A DNA stretch of 51,506 nucleotides, the filler included, from Stramenopiles sp. TOSAG23-6 (Eukaryota), in assembly GCA_900128565.1 (NCBI GenBank). It is 2 parts of 2 records of this genome, joined end to end, with 100 filler letters (N's around TTAATTAATTAA, not from the genome) between each part and the next. Parts side by side here need not be neighbours in the genome. Positions count along the whole stretch, not along the records: positions 25,805 to 51,506 come from LT635993.1; 1 more part is not named here. One strand, written 5' to 3'. Each line of letters opens with the position of its first letter. Position 1 is the first letter of the stretch. A model generated the notes under the pieces. That model was not told the DNA's origin, searched no databases, and saw nothing but the letters and a program-made list of their open reading frames with translations. A program made the position numbers and the translations under genes. Shown one piece after another: positions 41,554 through 50,955 of the stretch.

Positions 41554-43615
41554 TTATATCGAAACTTTGGTTGACTGATCTTTCTTTATACAGTCATTGT
41601 CCGAGCTAAGAAAAACGGGTGTTTTGTAGCATCTGCCTTGGACTAACTTTGAAAGCCCTTCGCCACTGAAACTTAATTTGGCAGACACTTCACATAAATC
41701 TTCACCAACTACAGTAGCACCTGCCGCTATCAACCATTTTCTATGTAGGTTTGACGTCATGAGTCTAGCTGTTTCTGGCGAGTCATTTCCCGTCGCGTTC
41801 TTGACTGGCGAAAATTCATTCTCACGATTCACTTCAAGTACTACAAGGTTACTTGCTATAGGGAACAAATCAAATATGAATGACTCTAATTTTATACCAT
41901 TTCTTTCTCTCGGGTTTGGATCATCGACACAAGGAATCACACAATGTGAAAAAATATATTTTTTTTTGGCTGAAAAAAAATCGTTAATTACAACATTTGG
42001 TACAAATAAAAAAACAAAAAAAAATTCAACTTTTGAAACGAACACTTTCTTTGCAATATGGTATTTACGAGGCAAATTATTCGGTGCACAGTTATTTTTA
42101 AGAAAATCAAAAGAGTAGTAGTGTATGCAAACGTTACCTGCACGAAAAGTAAGTTGACCGTTCAAATCACACTTTTTTAATAATTCTGGTTTCATATCAG
42201 AATATTCCACGACGCAAGTGATGTATTGTGAAAAAAAAAAATTGTTTTTAGTAAAAAAAATCAGTTAGGTACGAAATTTCGTATGAAAAATATATACTGA
42301 AAATATTCAATTTTGAAAACGTTCATTCCGGAGCGACGACAGAGTACACCCACTTTCTCTTCTGGGTTAGTTTTCGACACAACTTTGTTACCTACATCTG
42401 CATTTCGATCTCGGCAATAGCCTACAAATACTGGATCTCCCACTTTACTCATTGCATTATCAATTGCACCACACCAAATATGTATTGTGAAAAAACATTG
42501 TTTTTTGGAGAAAAATCGTTAGGTACGAAATTTCGTATGAAAAAATTGAAATTTAATTTTGAAAACGTACACTCGACACTCCTTTACGTTGCATATGACT
42601 AATTGGGGATTCCGTGCCTAATGTTGATCCACAACCATGTAGGGCTCGATAGATCCCACCATTACCGTCTGGTGCAGTCGCTACTTCAAACTTAGATTTA
42701 AGAAGAATTTTACCATCCGGTGAGAGACAAGGTAAAGTATTGTGAAAAATATATTTTTTTTTTTTTGTAAAATAAAAAAAATTGTTAGGTACGAAATTCC
42801 GTACGAAAAAAAAATAGGTAAAAAAAATTCAATTTTGAAAACGTACAAGTGCCTTGCTTGAAAAACACGACTTGATCTTCAGCTAAGCCAAAGTTATTAT
42901 TAGCTTTGAAATATTTTACTGTATCATCATATATTGTCAAATAATATGGTTGAAGTTTGAAATTCGTTAATTTTTGGAAGAGTACAAAAATTGGATTTAA
43001 TTTGGGTAGTAAATATACAAAAAAACTCAAAAAAAATGCTAGGTACGAAATTTTCTACGAAGAAAAAAAGTAAATTTGAAATTCATCATGAAAACGTACA
43101 TCAGTCATTGGACTCGTCATTACATATAACCAGACTTTTGGCTGCACATTTGAAATTTCAGGAAAGTTCATTTTCGCAAGTTCTTGTAGTTTGAGTATGC
43201 GTTCACACTGCAACTGGAAAAGACTCTTTTTGCTCAAGAGACCAATGTTAAATTCTCCTTTTGGACGATTGGATTTCAAACGTGTACCTTGACCTCCCGC
43301 CATAATGATGACACCTAATTCTTGCATTGCAACAGCTTTCAAGCCATTGTTGCGCCATGCTTCAGTTTGGTCATTTGGGACGTCACTTAAAACAGTAACC
43401 GATTCGCAAGGTTGGAGGGTTCCACCAGTTCCACTCTCAGTAGCAAGACCATCCATCGTTGCTTTATAAATATTGTTGACGTACTCAGGGTCGTGTTCGC
43501 CTAATTGTTCTAAGAACATCTTCAACTCAATGTTTGATGAATCCTTTTCACAAAATCGCATGACATGTCCCTGTTTGGCATCTGCATAACGCTTCTGCTG
43601 AATAGAAAAATTCAT
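41554..43615 (-). CDS. UAP1: UDP-N-acetylglucosamine pyrophosphorylase, 5 introns
   Basis: [46 protein letters not shown]...[33 protein letters not shown]. Confidence 0.95.
41939..42043 (-). mobile_element. Introner-like intron, GT...GT, 105 nt, in frame
   Basis: GT|GTTCGTTT...CACATTGT-GT|; restores HIAKK-V-IPCVD. Confidence 0.85.
42221..42324 (-). mobile_element. Introner-like intron, GA...AT, 104 nt
   Basis: AT|GAACGTTTTC...CACAATAC-AT|; restores [17 protein letters not shown]. Confidence 0.88.
42480..42570 (-). mobile_element. Introner-like intron, GT...AT, 91 nt
   Basis: Gives [13 protein letters not shown] with the usual G-to-DN spacing of UAP. Confidence 0.88.
42735..42846 (-). mobile_element. 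Introner-like intron, GT...TT, 112 nt
   Basis: Restores conserved QGT-L-PC. Confidence 0.92.
42929..43099 (-). mobile_element. Composite introner intron, GT...AT, 171 nt (truncated copy plus a second degenerate copy)
   Basis: Restores MTSPMTD|DDTVKYF; a second TT-GTATATTT start lies near 43018. Confidence 0.8.
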
Positions 43616-43700
43616 ATTTAGTCAGATGATTTCAAAAGCACTTGTGGGCTACCTAAAAATTGCCATCAGTAGGTAGACGTTGTTGACCAGTAGTAGGTAT

Positions 43701-43727
43701 TAACCCTAACCCTAACCTTAACCCTAA
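43701..43727 (+). repeat. Interstitial telomere-like (CCCTAA)n tract in the divergent UAP1/GlnRS intergenic region
   Basis: TAACCCTAACCCTAACCTTAACCCTAA. Confidence 0.7.
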
Positions 43728-43923
43728 TTTAACTATATCAAGTCCACGACACGTGTGTGAGCAGTCACAAATTCACAAGTCATGATGTGTACCAACAACA
43801 ACAACAACAACAACAACAGCAAAACATTGTATTAGTTTATTTTGAGTAAATATTTCAAGATGGTACGATACCTCGATACAGTTTAATCTAACAGAAAGGC
43901 TTGTAAAACATAATAGCATATTA

Positions 43924-46080
43924 ATGAGTGAATTAGCTTTATTTCGTACTTCTTTACGTCTACAACTGAAACACTTTTCAAGAGTTTCGAATATTCCCAA
44001 CAGTCATTTTGCTTTTTCCACGGCTACTCCTTCAAACTTTGTGCGTTCACTTGTAGCATCAGATGTAGCAAATGGAAAGTTTGGTGGTCGAGTTCAGACA
44101 AGATTTCCACCAGAGCCAAGCGGCTACTTGCATATTGGACATGCAAAAGCCATGTGTATCAACTTTGGAATAGCCAGTGATTATCGCGGCGGTTTATGTA
44201 ACTTGAGATTGGACGATACAAATCCGGCTAACGTTAAGGAAGATTACGTCGCTGCAATTGCTGCTGATGTAAAATGGTTAGGATATAATTGGGATGGCGA
44301 TATACTCTATGCATCAGATTATTTTGATGATTTGTTTAATTTTGCTAAAGCTCTTATTAAGAGTGGCAAAGCTTATGTCTGTGAAGTCTCGCAGGATGAG
44401 TGGCATAAAGGAGGACACGCTGGAACTTTAACAACTCCTGGTGTACCATGTAAATATCGCAATAGACCAATAGACGAGAGTTTACAACGATTTAATGAAA
44501 TGCGTGATGGAGTTCATCCGGAGGGTTCAATTGTTCTTCGTGCAAAAATCGATTTATCATCGTCGAATATGCACATGAGAGACCCTATGAACGTTTTATT
44601 TTTTTTTACAAAAAAATCGATTTTTTTTTCGTACGAAATTTCGTACCTAACAAATTTTACAATTTTTTTTTTTCACAATGTATACTATATAGAGTGTTGA
44701 AAAAAAATCACTTTCGCACGGGCTCTACATGGAAAATTTATCCGACATATGATTATGCGCACGGTATTTCCGATGCGATAGAAGGTGTTACACACTCTTT
44801 ATGTACTTTAGAGTTTGAAGAACATCGTGCTTTATATAATTGGTTTGTTGATGCGGTTGGTGTTGGAACTGGACTTTGGCATTCAGACGATGATGGCGAT
44901 GTGATGAAACGCCAGCCTGAACAAACAGAGTTTTCTAGACTAAATATATCCAATTCAATTACATCAAAACGTTGGCTTCGTGCTCTCATTGATGCAGATA
45001 TTTTATCGGGTTGGGATGATCCTCGTATTCTAACGATTGCTGGGATGAGAAGACGTGGTTACCCGGCTCCCGCAATTAGAGGTTTTTGTAATGGTACAGG
45101 TTTTAATCGCACATCTGAGGGGGTAGTTGATATGAAAATGTTAGAATCATTTGTCCGTGATGAATTAGATAAAAATGCTCCTCGTGCTATGGGAGTTTTA
45201 TACCCCTTGAAAGTTATCATTGAAAATTTTGATGATGCGTTTCGAAGTTATGGTTCAAAGAATAACCCTAACCCTAGTTCAAATGAGAATCTTGGTGGTA
45301 ATAGTGCTACTCTTTGTATTCCAAATCATCCCAAGAATCCTGATATGGGCACGAGAGCGGTGCCAATTTCGAAGGAAATATTTATTGATAGAAATGATTT
45401 TAAAATTGAGGCGAACAAAAAGTTCAAGCGCATGTATGTTTTCACATTTTAAATTTTGATTTTTTTTTCATAGTAAATTTTGTACCTAACGATTTTTGAT
45501 TTTTTTTTTGAAATCTTTTTCACAATACATGACAATGAAACAAAGTGTTCGTCTCCGAGGATCCTTTATCATTCGTTGCAAAAAGGTAATTACAGATAAA
45601 GTTACTGGTGAGCCTATAGAATTGCACTGTGTTGCAGACGAGAATTCAATCGGCAATAACCCTGATCTTAAAAATGGGCCGAAACCAAAAGGAGTTGTAC
45701 ACTGGGTTTGTGGAAGCAGTTCTGTTCCAGCAGAGGTTCGACTGTACAGTAATTTATTTATTGAAGATTGCGAAGATCCAGTAGCTGCTGCAATGGAAGC
45801 CTCGAAATTGCATGAATGTAATAATGATAATAGCAATGCTTTACCAGATGTGTCGTTTTTTGAACCATTTTTGAATAAAACTTCGAAAATTGTGATTTCG
45901 GATTGTCGCGTGGAAACAAGTATTTCACAGGCTACCCACGGAAGTGTGTTACAATTTGAACGCGAAGGATATTTTGTTATTGATGATGATTCTAAGTATA
46001 CGAACGATGGGAAACTAAGTAGTCTTGTGTTGAACAAAACGATTGGTTTAAAGGCAGGGAAGGGATTTGCTCGGAAATAA
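43924..46080 (+). CDS. glnS: Glutaminyl-tRNA synthetase (short, bacterial-like, with putative organellar transit peptide), 2 introns
   Basis: TRFPPEPSGYLHIGHAKA, LRLDDTNP, MRDP-I-LYR, IYPTYDYAH, THSLCTLEF, GWDDPR, PKGVVHWV, QFEREGYF. Confidence 0.93.
44589..44683 (+). mobile_element. Introner-like intron, GA...AT, 95 nt
   Basis: AT|GAACGTTTT...CGTACGAAATTTCGTACCTAAC...CACAATGT-AT|; restores conserved MRDP-I-LYR. Confidence 0.92.
45434..45530 (+). mobile_element. Introner-like intron, GT...AT, 97 nt
   Basis: Restores KFKR-M-TMKQSVRLR, matching GlnRS KR-to-VRLR spacing. Confidence 0.9.
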
Positions 46081-46158
46081 CGCAGGGATTTGCTCGGAAA
46101 TATTAATATATAATTTCGATAAAGTACAACTTATAATTTATTTGCAAAGTTTCCATTT

Positions 46159-46568
46159 TTATTCAGATGAACCAGATGCGTCCATCATGAGTGTAATGTT
46201 ATCTCCCTTTAGCAATATTCGCCCAAGTTTACGTCGCGTCTCCTTTTTTACGTCAAGTTCTTCTGCTTCATCAAGAGTAAGGTTCATATACTCGTCAAAT
46301 CCCTGTAGTATTTGTAATATATTGGAAACAATAAAGACTTCATTTAGATGATATATTAAATATAATGGATATTGAAATACATAGATAACGAATGATATAT
46401 AACATCAAATGGAAACATTGAATAGAAGTATGAACGTACGATAATTTTTCCCTCAATGCGAGTGTTAGTCTGCTCGTAAAGCCAGATTTGAACTCTGGAC
46501 TTATTTTGCAAAAATCTAAAGATCAGATTGATCGGCTGGGTCATAACTTTCTTAACTTTCGATGCCAT
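46159..46568 (-). CDS. SNRPE: Small nuclear ribonucleoprotein SmE with one canonical GT-AG intron
   Basis: [15 protein letters not shown]...IWLYE...[20 protein letters not shown]...[13 protein letters not shown]. Confidence 0.95.
46303..46439 (-). other. Canonical spliceosomal intron (GTACGT...TACAG, 137 nt) lacking the introner core
   Basis: Joins EGKII|GFDEY exactly. Confidence 0.92.
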
Positions 46569-46857
46569 TTTCCTGTAAGAATATCAAATTACACTTTTAC
46601 TTTGATCTCTATTGTCTAAATATTGGATAGAGTTTTATCTCTGGAAGTTCCGAACTTCCGACTTGGGACTTGCGAGGTTTCTCTCGCTGCGATTGGAGGC
46701 GCTGCTGGCATTTTTGACCCACAAAAATCACGAAATCCGCGTATTTTTTTAGATGATCAAGAAGAAGTGAACATCAAGATCAGATCGACTCGACATCTTG
46801 CTTGGTGGTTATTACAATTTATATAGAGTCGACACTCGGTATATTTGATATTTGATA

Positions 46858-49800
46858 ATGTCTTCACCTAATTTCGATATTGAATCTGACCATTACGATG
46901 ATTATTTCGATGCAGAGGAATATGGTTCTCCAACTAAAAATAGCCTTGTCAAGTCTCCGAAGTTACTTTCTTCGCCTGTCTTTCATGAAAGGCATAAGCC
47001 TGATGGACAAGAAAATGTTGGTGGACAGGTTCAACAAAACTTGAAAACCAAATCACCTTTATATTATGAAAATTCGAACAAGATAGGTTCGTCTGATAAT
47101 CTTGACTGTGTTACTAGAAAACGTGTTTCTGTACTAGGTATCATATCTCCAGTAGTCAAGACAGTTACGGACGATTCTAAAGTTGAATCTATTCCAGTTA
47201 AAGGATCACCAGTAGTCAAATCACCAACAGATGCAAAAAATGAAGAAAGAAAGTCAAGTTTGTATACACCTGAAAAACCTCCGCCATTACCTTGCCGTTC
47301 GCTAAAGCCTACTCCAACGCCCCCCAAAATTAAATCTATGTGCACAAGTAATAGTGCTGATGTATTATCTGCCAAAAAGGATCTTCAACAAACAGAGAAT
47401 GAATCAAAAAAGGTTGCTTTAAAATGTACAAAAGTTCAAAAAGATTGGGAAGCAGCACAAAATGATGCGAATCAAAAACTCACGAATGTGACGAATGCAA
47501 AACAGCAAGCATTTAAGGAAGAAGAAGCTATACAATCGAGTCGTAATACAATTATGCAACAAGTTGAGTTAGAAAATGAAAGAGATCATTTAGCATTCAC
47601 AGCATTTTCATTGAATAAAACCTGTAATATAGCAGCTGAAAAGTTGAAGCGATTAAGAAAACAATCGCAAATTTTAGATCATACAGAAGGAAGAACAATT
47701 GGTGAAGACAGACAAAACAAAACTGACATTGGAACTATGAGATTACATGATGAACATATAGATGATGTAAATGAAATGAAAAAGAAAACTACAGAGATAG
47801 ATAATGTTGAAAACGAAGCAACCGAGAAAGAAATTATCGAGATAGAAGCTGCCGAAGAAGAACTTCGTAAAGCAAAGGAAGAAGCTAAACATGCAAAAGC
47901 GGCGTGGGAGGCAAAGCGTATTGCATGCAAGAAAGCAGAAGAGGCAGCTGCTGCCAAAAGAGTAGCAGAAGAAGAAGCTGCTGCTCTTAAAAAACGAATA
48001 GAAACTGCAAAATTAGAGCGCACGAATGCCAAAGCTAATGTAGAAAATGCAGCGAAAATACGTGAGAGTTTATCAGCTACACTTCAACGTATTAAAGAAG
48101 AGGAGGCTTCTGCAGTAGCTTTTGAAATTCAAACAGAATGTTCCCGAGATGAAATATTAGCAATGAAGCGACAAAGGCGTCTAGAAGTCGAAGCAGAAGC
48201 CACTGCTGCACACGGATATCTTCAAAGTACATTGGATTCTAATAAGCCTGAAGCTGCAGCTGTTTTTGACAAAATATCGGAAAATTTAAAAAAATTGACT
48301 GCTCTAGAATTTGAAACAACTCAAAATTTAAATGAGGAGGTAAACTTTGCAAAGCAAAAAACTACTTTAAAGGAAGAAGAATTGAGAAATGCAAAAGAAG
48401 CATTAGCTATTTCCTCGCTGGATTATGACGCTGCAAATGCAATGTACAATGTAAAAAAACTTGAGGAAGAAGAAATACATTCCTATCTACAGGTATGTGC
48501 ACAAAAAAAGGCGTTGGAAGCATCGGCAAGGAAAGCTAAATTGAGAGCAAGTATTCAAAAGAGTAAACTATCTCATTTACGACAGCAACTTGAATGGCAG
48601 TGTAATATAAAGAATGCAGCAAAAGTTGCTGCTATAAAAACTCTAGAGAATGTTGAAACAAATTCAAGGCTAAAACATGAAATGTATCAGAACGCAAAAG
48701 ATGATTATAATAAAGTTGTAAAAGCATCACAATTGGCTGTGGAAAATACTATAGGAGATAAAACATCAAGTATTGCTTGGTATATCGCAGCAACTGCCAG
48801 TGAAGCAGCACTACAATGTTACATTAAAGCTGAGATAATGTTAGCAATGACATTAATTGAGACTGCTGCCCATGAAGAAATCCAAGCTATTTCTGCTGCA
48901 AAACAAGCTGAAGAAGAATTCAGAAAAATTAATGTAAAATGGGCAAATGAATTTTCTTCTGCTGCTATTGTAAGACATGATTCTGAAGAAACTCAAACTG
49001 CATTATTAGAAAACGCGGTAAAGGAACATGAAAAAGTGAAAGAACAACTGAAAAATAGTGTACTCCATCATTCTGAAGCATTAGCTGCCCGTGTTGCGTG
49101 GGACTCTAGTAGTAATGATAGATGTAAAACTAGTCGAAGCATATCTGAAAAAAGACGAATCGATCGCCATAAAAGAAAAGCAGAATATGACAATGCGATT
49201 GATGCACGTAACGCGAAAGCACAACAAGCAGAAAAAGATGCTCGAGAGAAAGCCAAGGAAGCAAGTCGAATCAAGCGGGTAAAACAGCAACAAGAATGGA
49301 GAGAAAAAGCTATGGCAAAAGCTCGTGCTAAGGTTGCTGCGACTGTAGCTTCATCTGCCACAGTTGAAGCTATGTTTATGTTTAATTTATGCAAATCCAG
49401 TGTAATATTAGCACGGAAACGAAAGATTCAGATAGAGTGTAGTAAAGAAGTAGCGATAGCGGCGTATGTTGCAGCAGGAGCAGCTGTATATTCATTTAAA
49501 TTATCAAAAAACGCGATACAGAGTATTGTAAGTGCAAAGCATCGACTTCGACCAATATTAGCGAAAGCCGCATACGTATCTGCTAGTGCTTTATTAATAG
49601 CACGACGGGAAAGACACCGAGCTGATCATTTTGTTTTAGATTGTATCAAAAGTAACCAAGATGCATATCGTAGACATGTTGTAGCTTTAAAAATTGAAGA
49701 ACGACAGTGTGGCAAATCTATGGCAGATGCTGCCACGGTATGCTACCAAAGTGCATTGAGTAGCGCCTTATCTTCAGCAGTAGCAATGGCATATGTTGGT

Positions 49801-50955
49801 TCAACAATTGCTCGTCACTTTTCGAATATTGCAGCTAATGCTAATGATAAAGTGCAAGAGGAATTACGTATACGCCAAGAAGCTATTACTGTAGCAATAC
49901 AAAGAGCTGTAATTATTTCATGTGATGCAGCTTCATTTGCATCTACAAAAAGTTCTTTAGCAATTTCAGAAGCAATCCGCGTAAAGAAAGTGCGTAGACA
50001 AGAACTGCAAAATGCTGCAAGAGCCGCTCGAATTGCAGCTCGAGCGGCACGACGTGCATTCAAATATGCAGAACAAGTTTTGGTGTATATCAAAGCAGAG
50101 ATTAGTAGTTTCCAGAATACATCAAAATGGCGCGAAATTTATAATCACAAGAAGATGCGGTATTACTACATTAACAAAACTACAAATGAAAAAACGTATA
50201 TGAAACCTGGACCATTATTATTGAAAGATGAAGCCCGTATGAAACTTTTGAAATTTGGGGCAGAAAAAGCGAGGGAAATGATGTTATTGCAAAAATCAAG
50301 ACAAAAACTTCAACAAAATGACCAATGTATTGATAATCTTAATACCGATAAAGCTTTCAATATTAAAGATGTTGACAATGCTAGTTTTTTCAGAAGAAAT
50401 CATCAATCTAAAGCACATCCTTCTTTTATATTAAAAGAAAAGCTGAAACCAATATCATTTTCTACAATAAACACAATACTTTCAATGGAATTTGGATTAG
50501 ACTGGGCTGAACTATCTCCAATTGGTCAATTGAGATGTATGAGAATGTCGCGAGAGAAGACTGCATTACATAATAAAGTTGCTTCATGTATACAGTCATT
50601 AGCTCGTGGTATGTTGACTCGTTTGAGACTTAAAAAATTAAAATCAGATGCAGATCCTAAAGACAATACATTTATACACACGAAATCACGACGTCGCCAA
50701 AGTAGAAAACCAAAATATACAGGAAAAATATTGAATATACAACAACCAGATAAATATTATTTACCTGCAATACGCCCTGTAATACATGACACTTGTAAAA
50801 AACCATTTCCGAAACAGGTTAAAATAAATCAAAGGAAAAAAAATCGTCGCTTTGGAGCACGAAATCGTCCGACATTTGGATCCGATGAAGGTCGAAAATT
50901 GGCTTCAAAGATGGGCCTAAGTAGTTTCGGGAATCCTTCATTTACTTTGTCATAG
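46858..50955 (+). CDS. Probable chimeric ORF: unique Ser/Pro-rich ~157-aa N-terminus fused in frame to the duplicated C-terminal part of the WW/EF-hand gene
   Basis: Identity to 26356-29983 begins abruptly at 47328 (…PTPPK|IKSMCTS). Confidence 0.45.
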   Translation: MSSPNFDIESDHYDDYFDAEEYGSPTKNSLVKSPKLLSSPVFHERHKPDGQENVGGQVQQNLKTKSPLYYENSNKIGSSDNLDCVTRKRVSVLGIISPVVKTVTDDSKVESIPVKGSPVVKSPTDAKNEERKSSLYTPEKPPPLPCRSLKPTPTPPKIKSMCTSNSADVLSAKKDLQQTENESKKVALKCTKVQKDWEAAQNDANQKLTNVTNAKQQAFKEEEAIQSSRNTIMQQVELENERDHLAFTAFSLNKTCNIAAEKLKRLRKQSQILDHTEGRTIGEDRQNKTDIGTMRLHDEHIDDVNEMKKKTTEIDNVENEATEKEIIEIEAAEEELRKAKEEAKHAKAAWEAKRIACKKAEEAAAAKRVAEEEAAALKKRIETAKLERTNAKANVENAAKIRESLSATLQRIKEEEASAVAFEIQTECSRDEILAMKRQRRLEVEAEATAAHGYLQSTLDSNKPEAAAVFDKISENLKKLTALEFETTQNLNEEVNFAKQKTTLKEEELRNAKEALAISSLDYDAANAMYNVKKLEEEEIHSYLQVCAQKKALEASARKAKLRASIQKSKLSHLRQQLEWQCNIKNAAKVAAIKTLENVETNSRLKHEMYQNAKDDYNKVVKASQLAVENTIGDKTSSIAWYIAATASEAALQCYIKAEIMLAMTLIETAAHEEIQAISAAKQAEEEFRKINVKWANEFSSAAIVRHDSEETQTALLENAVKEHEKVKEQLKNSVLHHSEALAARVAWDSSSNDRCKTSRSISEKRRIDRHKRKAEYDNAIDARNAKAQQAEKDAREKAKEASRIKRVKQQQEWREKAMAKARAKVAATVASSATVEAMFMFNLCKSSVILARKRKIQIECSKEVAIAAYVAAGAAVYSFKLSKNAIQSIVSAKHRLRPILAKAAYVSASALLIARRERHRADHFVLDCIKSNQDAYRRHVVALKIEERQCGKSMADAATVCYQSALSSALSSAVAMAYVGSTIARHFSNIAANANDKVQEELRIRQEAITVAIQRAVIISCDAASFASTKSSLAISEAIRVKKVRRQELQNAARAARIAARAARRAFKYAEQVLVYIKAEISSFQNTSKWREIYNHKKMRYYYINKTTNEKTYMKPGPLLLKDEARMKLLKFGAEKAREMMLLQKSRQKLQQNDQCIDNLNTDKAFNIKDVDNASFFRRNHQSKAHPSFILKEKLKPISFSTINTILSMEFGLDWAELSPIGQLRCMRMSREKTALHNKVASCIQSLARGMLTRLRLKKLKSDADPKDNTFIHTKSRRRQSRKPKYTGKILNIQQPDKYYLPAIRPVIHDTCKKPFPKQVKINQRKKNRRFGARNRPTFGSDEGRKLASKMGLSSFGNPSFTLS

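Noticed and set aside
41939-43099. CRISPR-like array suggested by recurring palindromic GTACGAAATTTCGTAC
   Set aside because: Eukaryotic DNA; the spacers are UAP1 exons; no cas genes
214-45530. U12-type AT-AC introns (shifting the register 2 nt gives AT...AC in many copies)
   Set aside because: No RTATCCTT donor; the first dinucleotide would vary (AT, TT, GT, AA) and the AC is not invariant (AT, GT, TC seen); the AG-ending copy supports the G...NN register
214-45530. DNA-level excised elements like ciliate IESs
   Set aside because: All coding copies are sense-oriented and carry donor- and branch-like motifs, favouring RNA splicing; not formally excluded without RNA data
46061-46102. 19-bp direct repeat AGGGATTTGCTCGGAAATA at the GlnRS stop
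   Set aside because: Isolated local micro-duplication with no evident function
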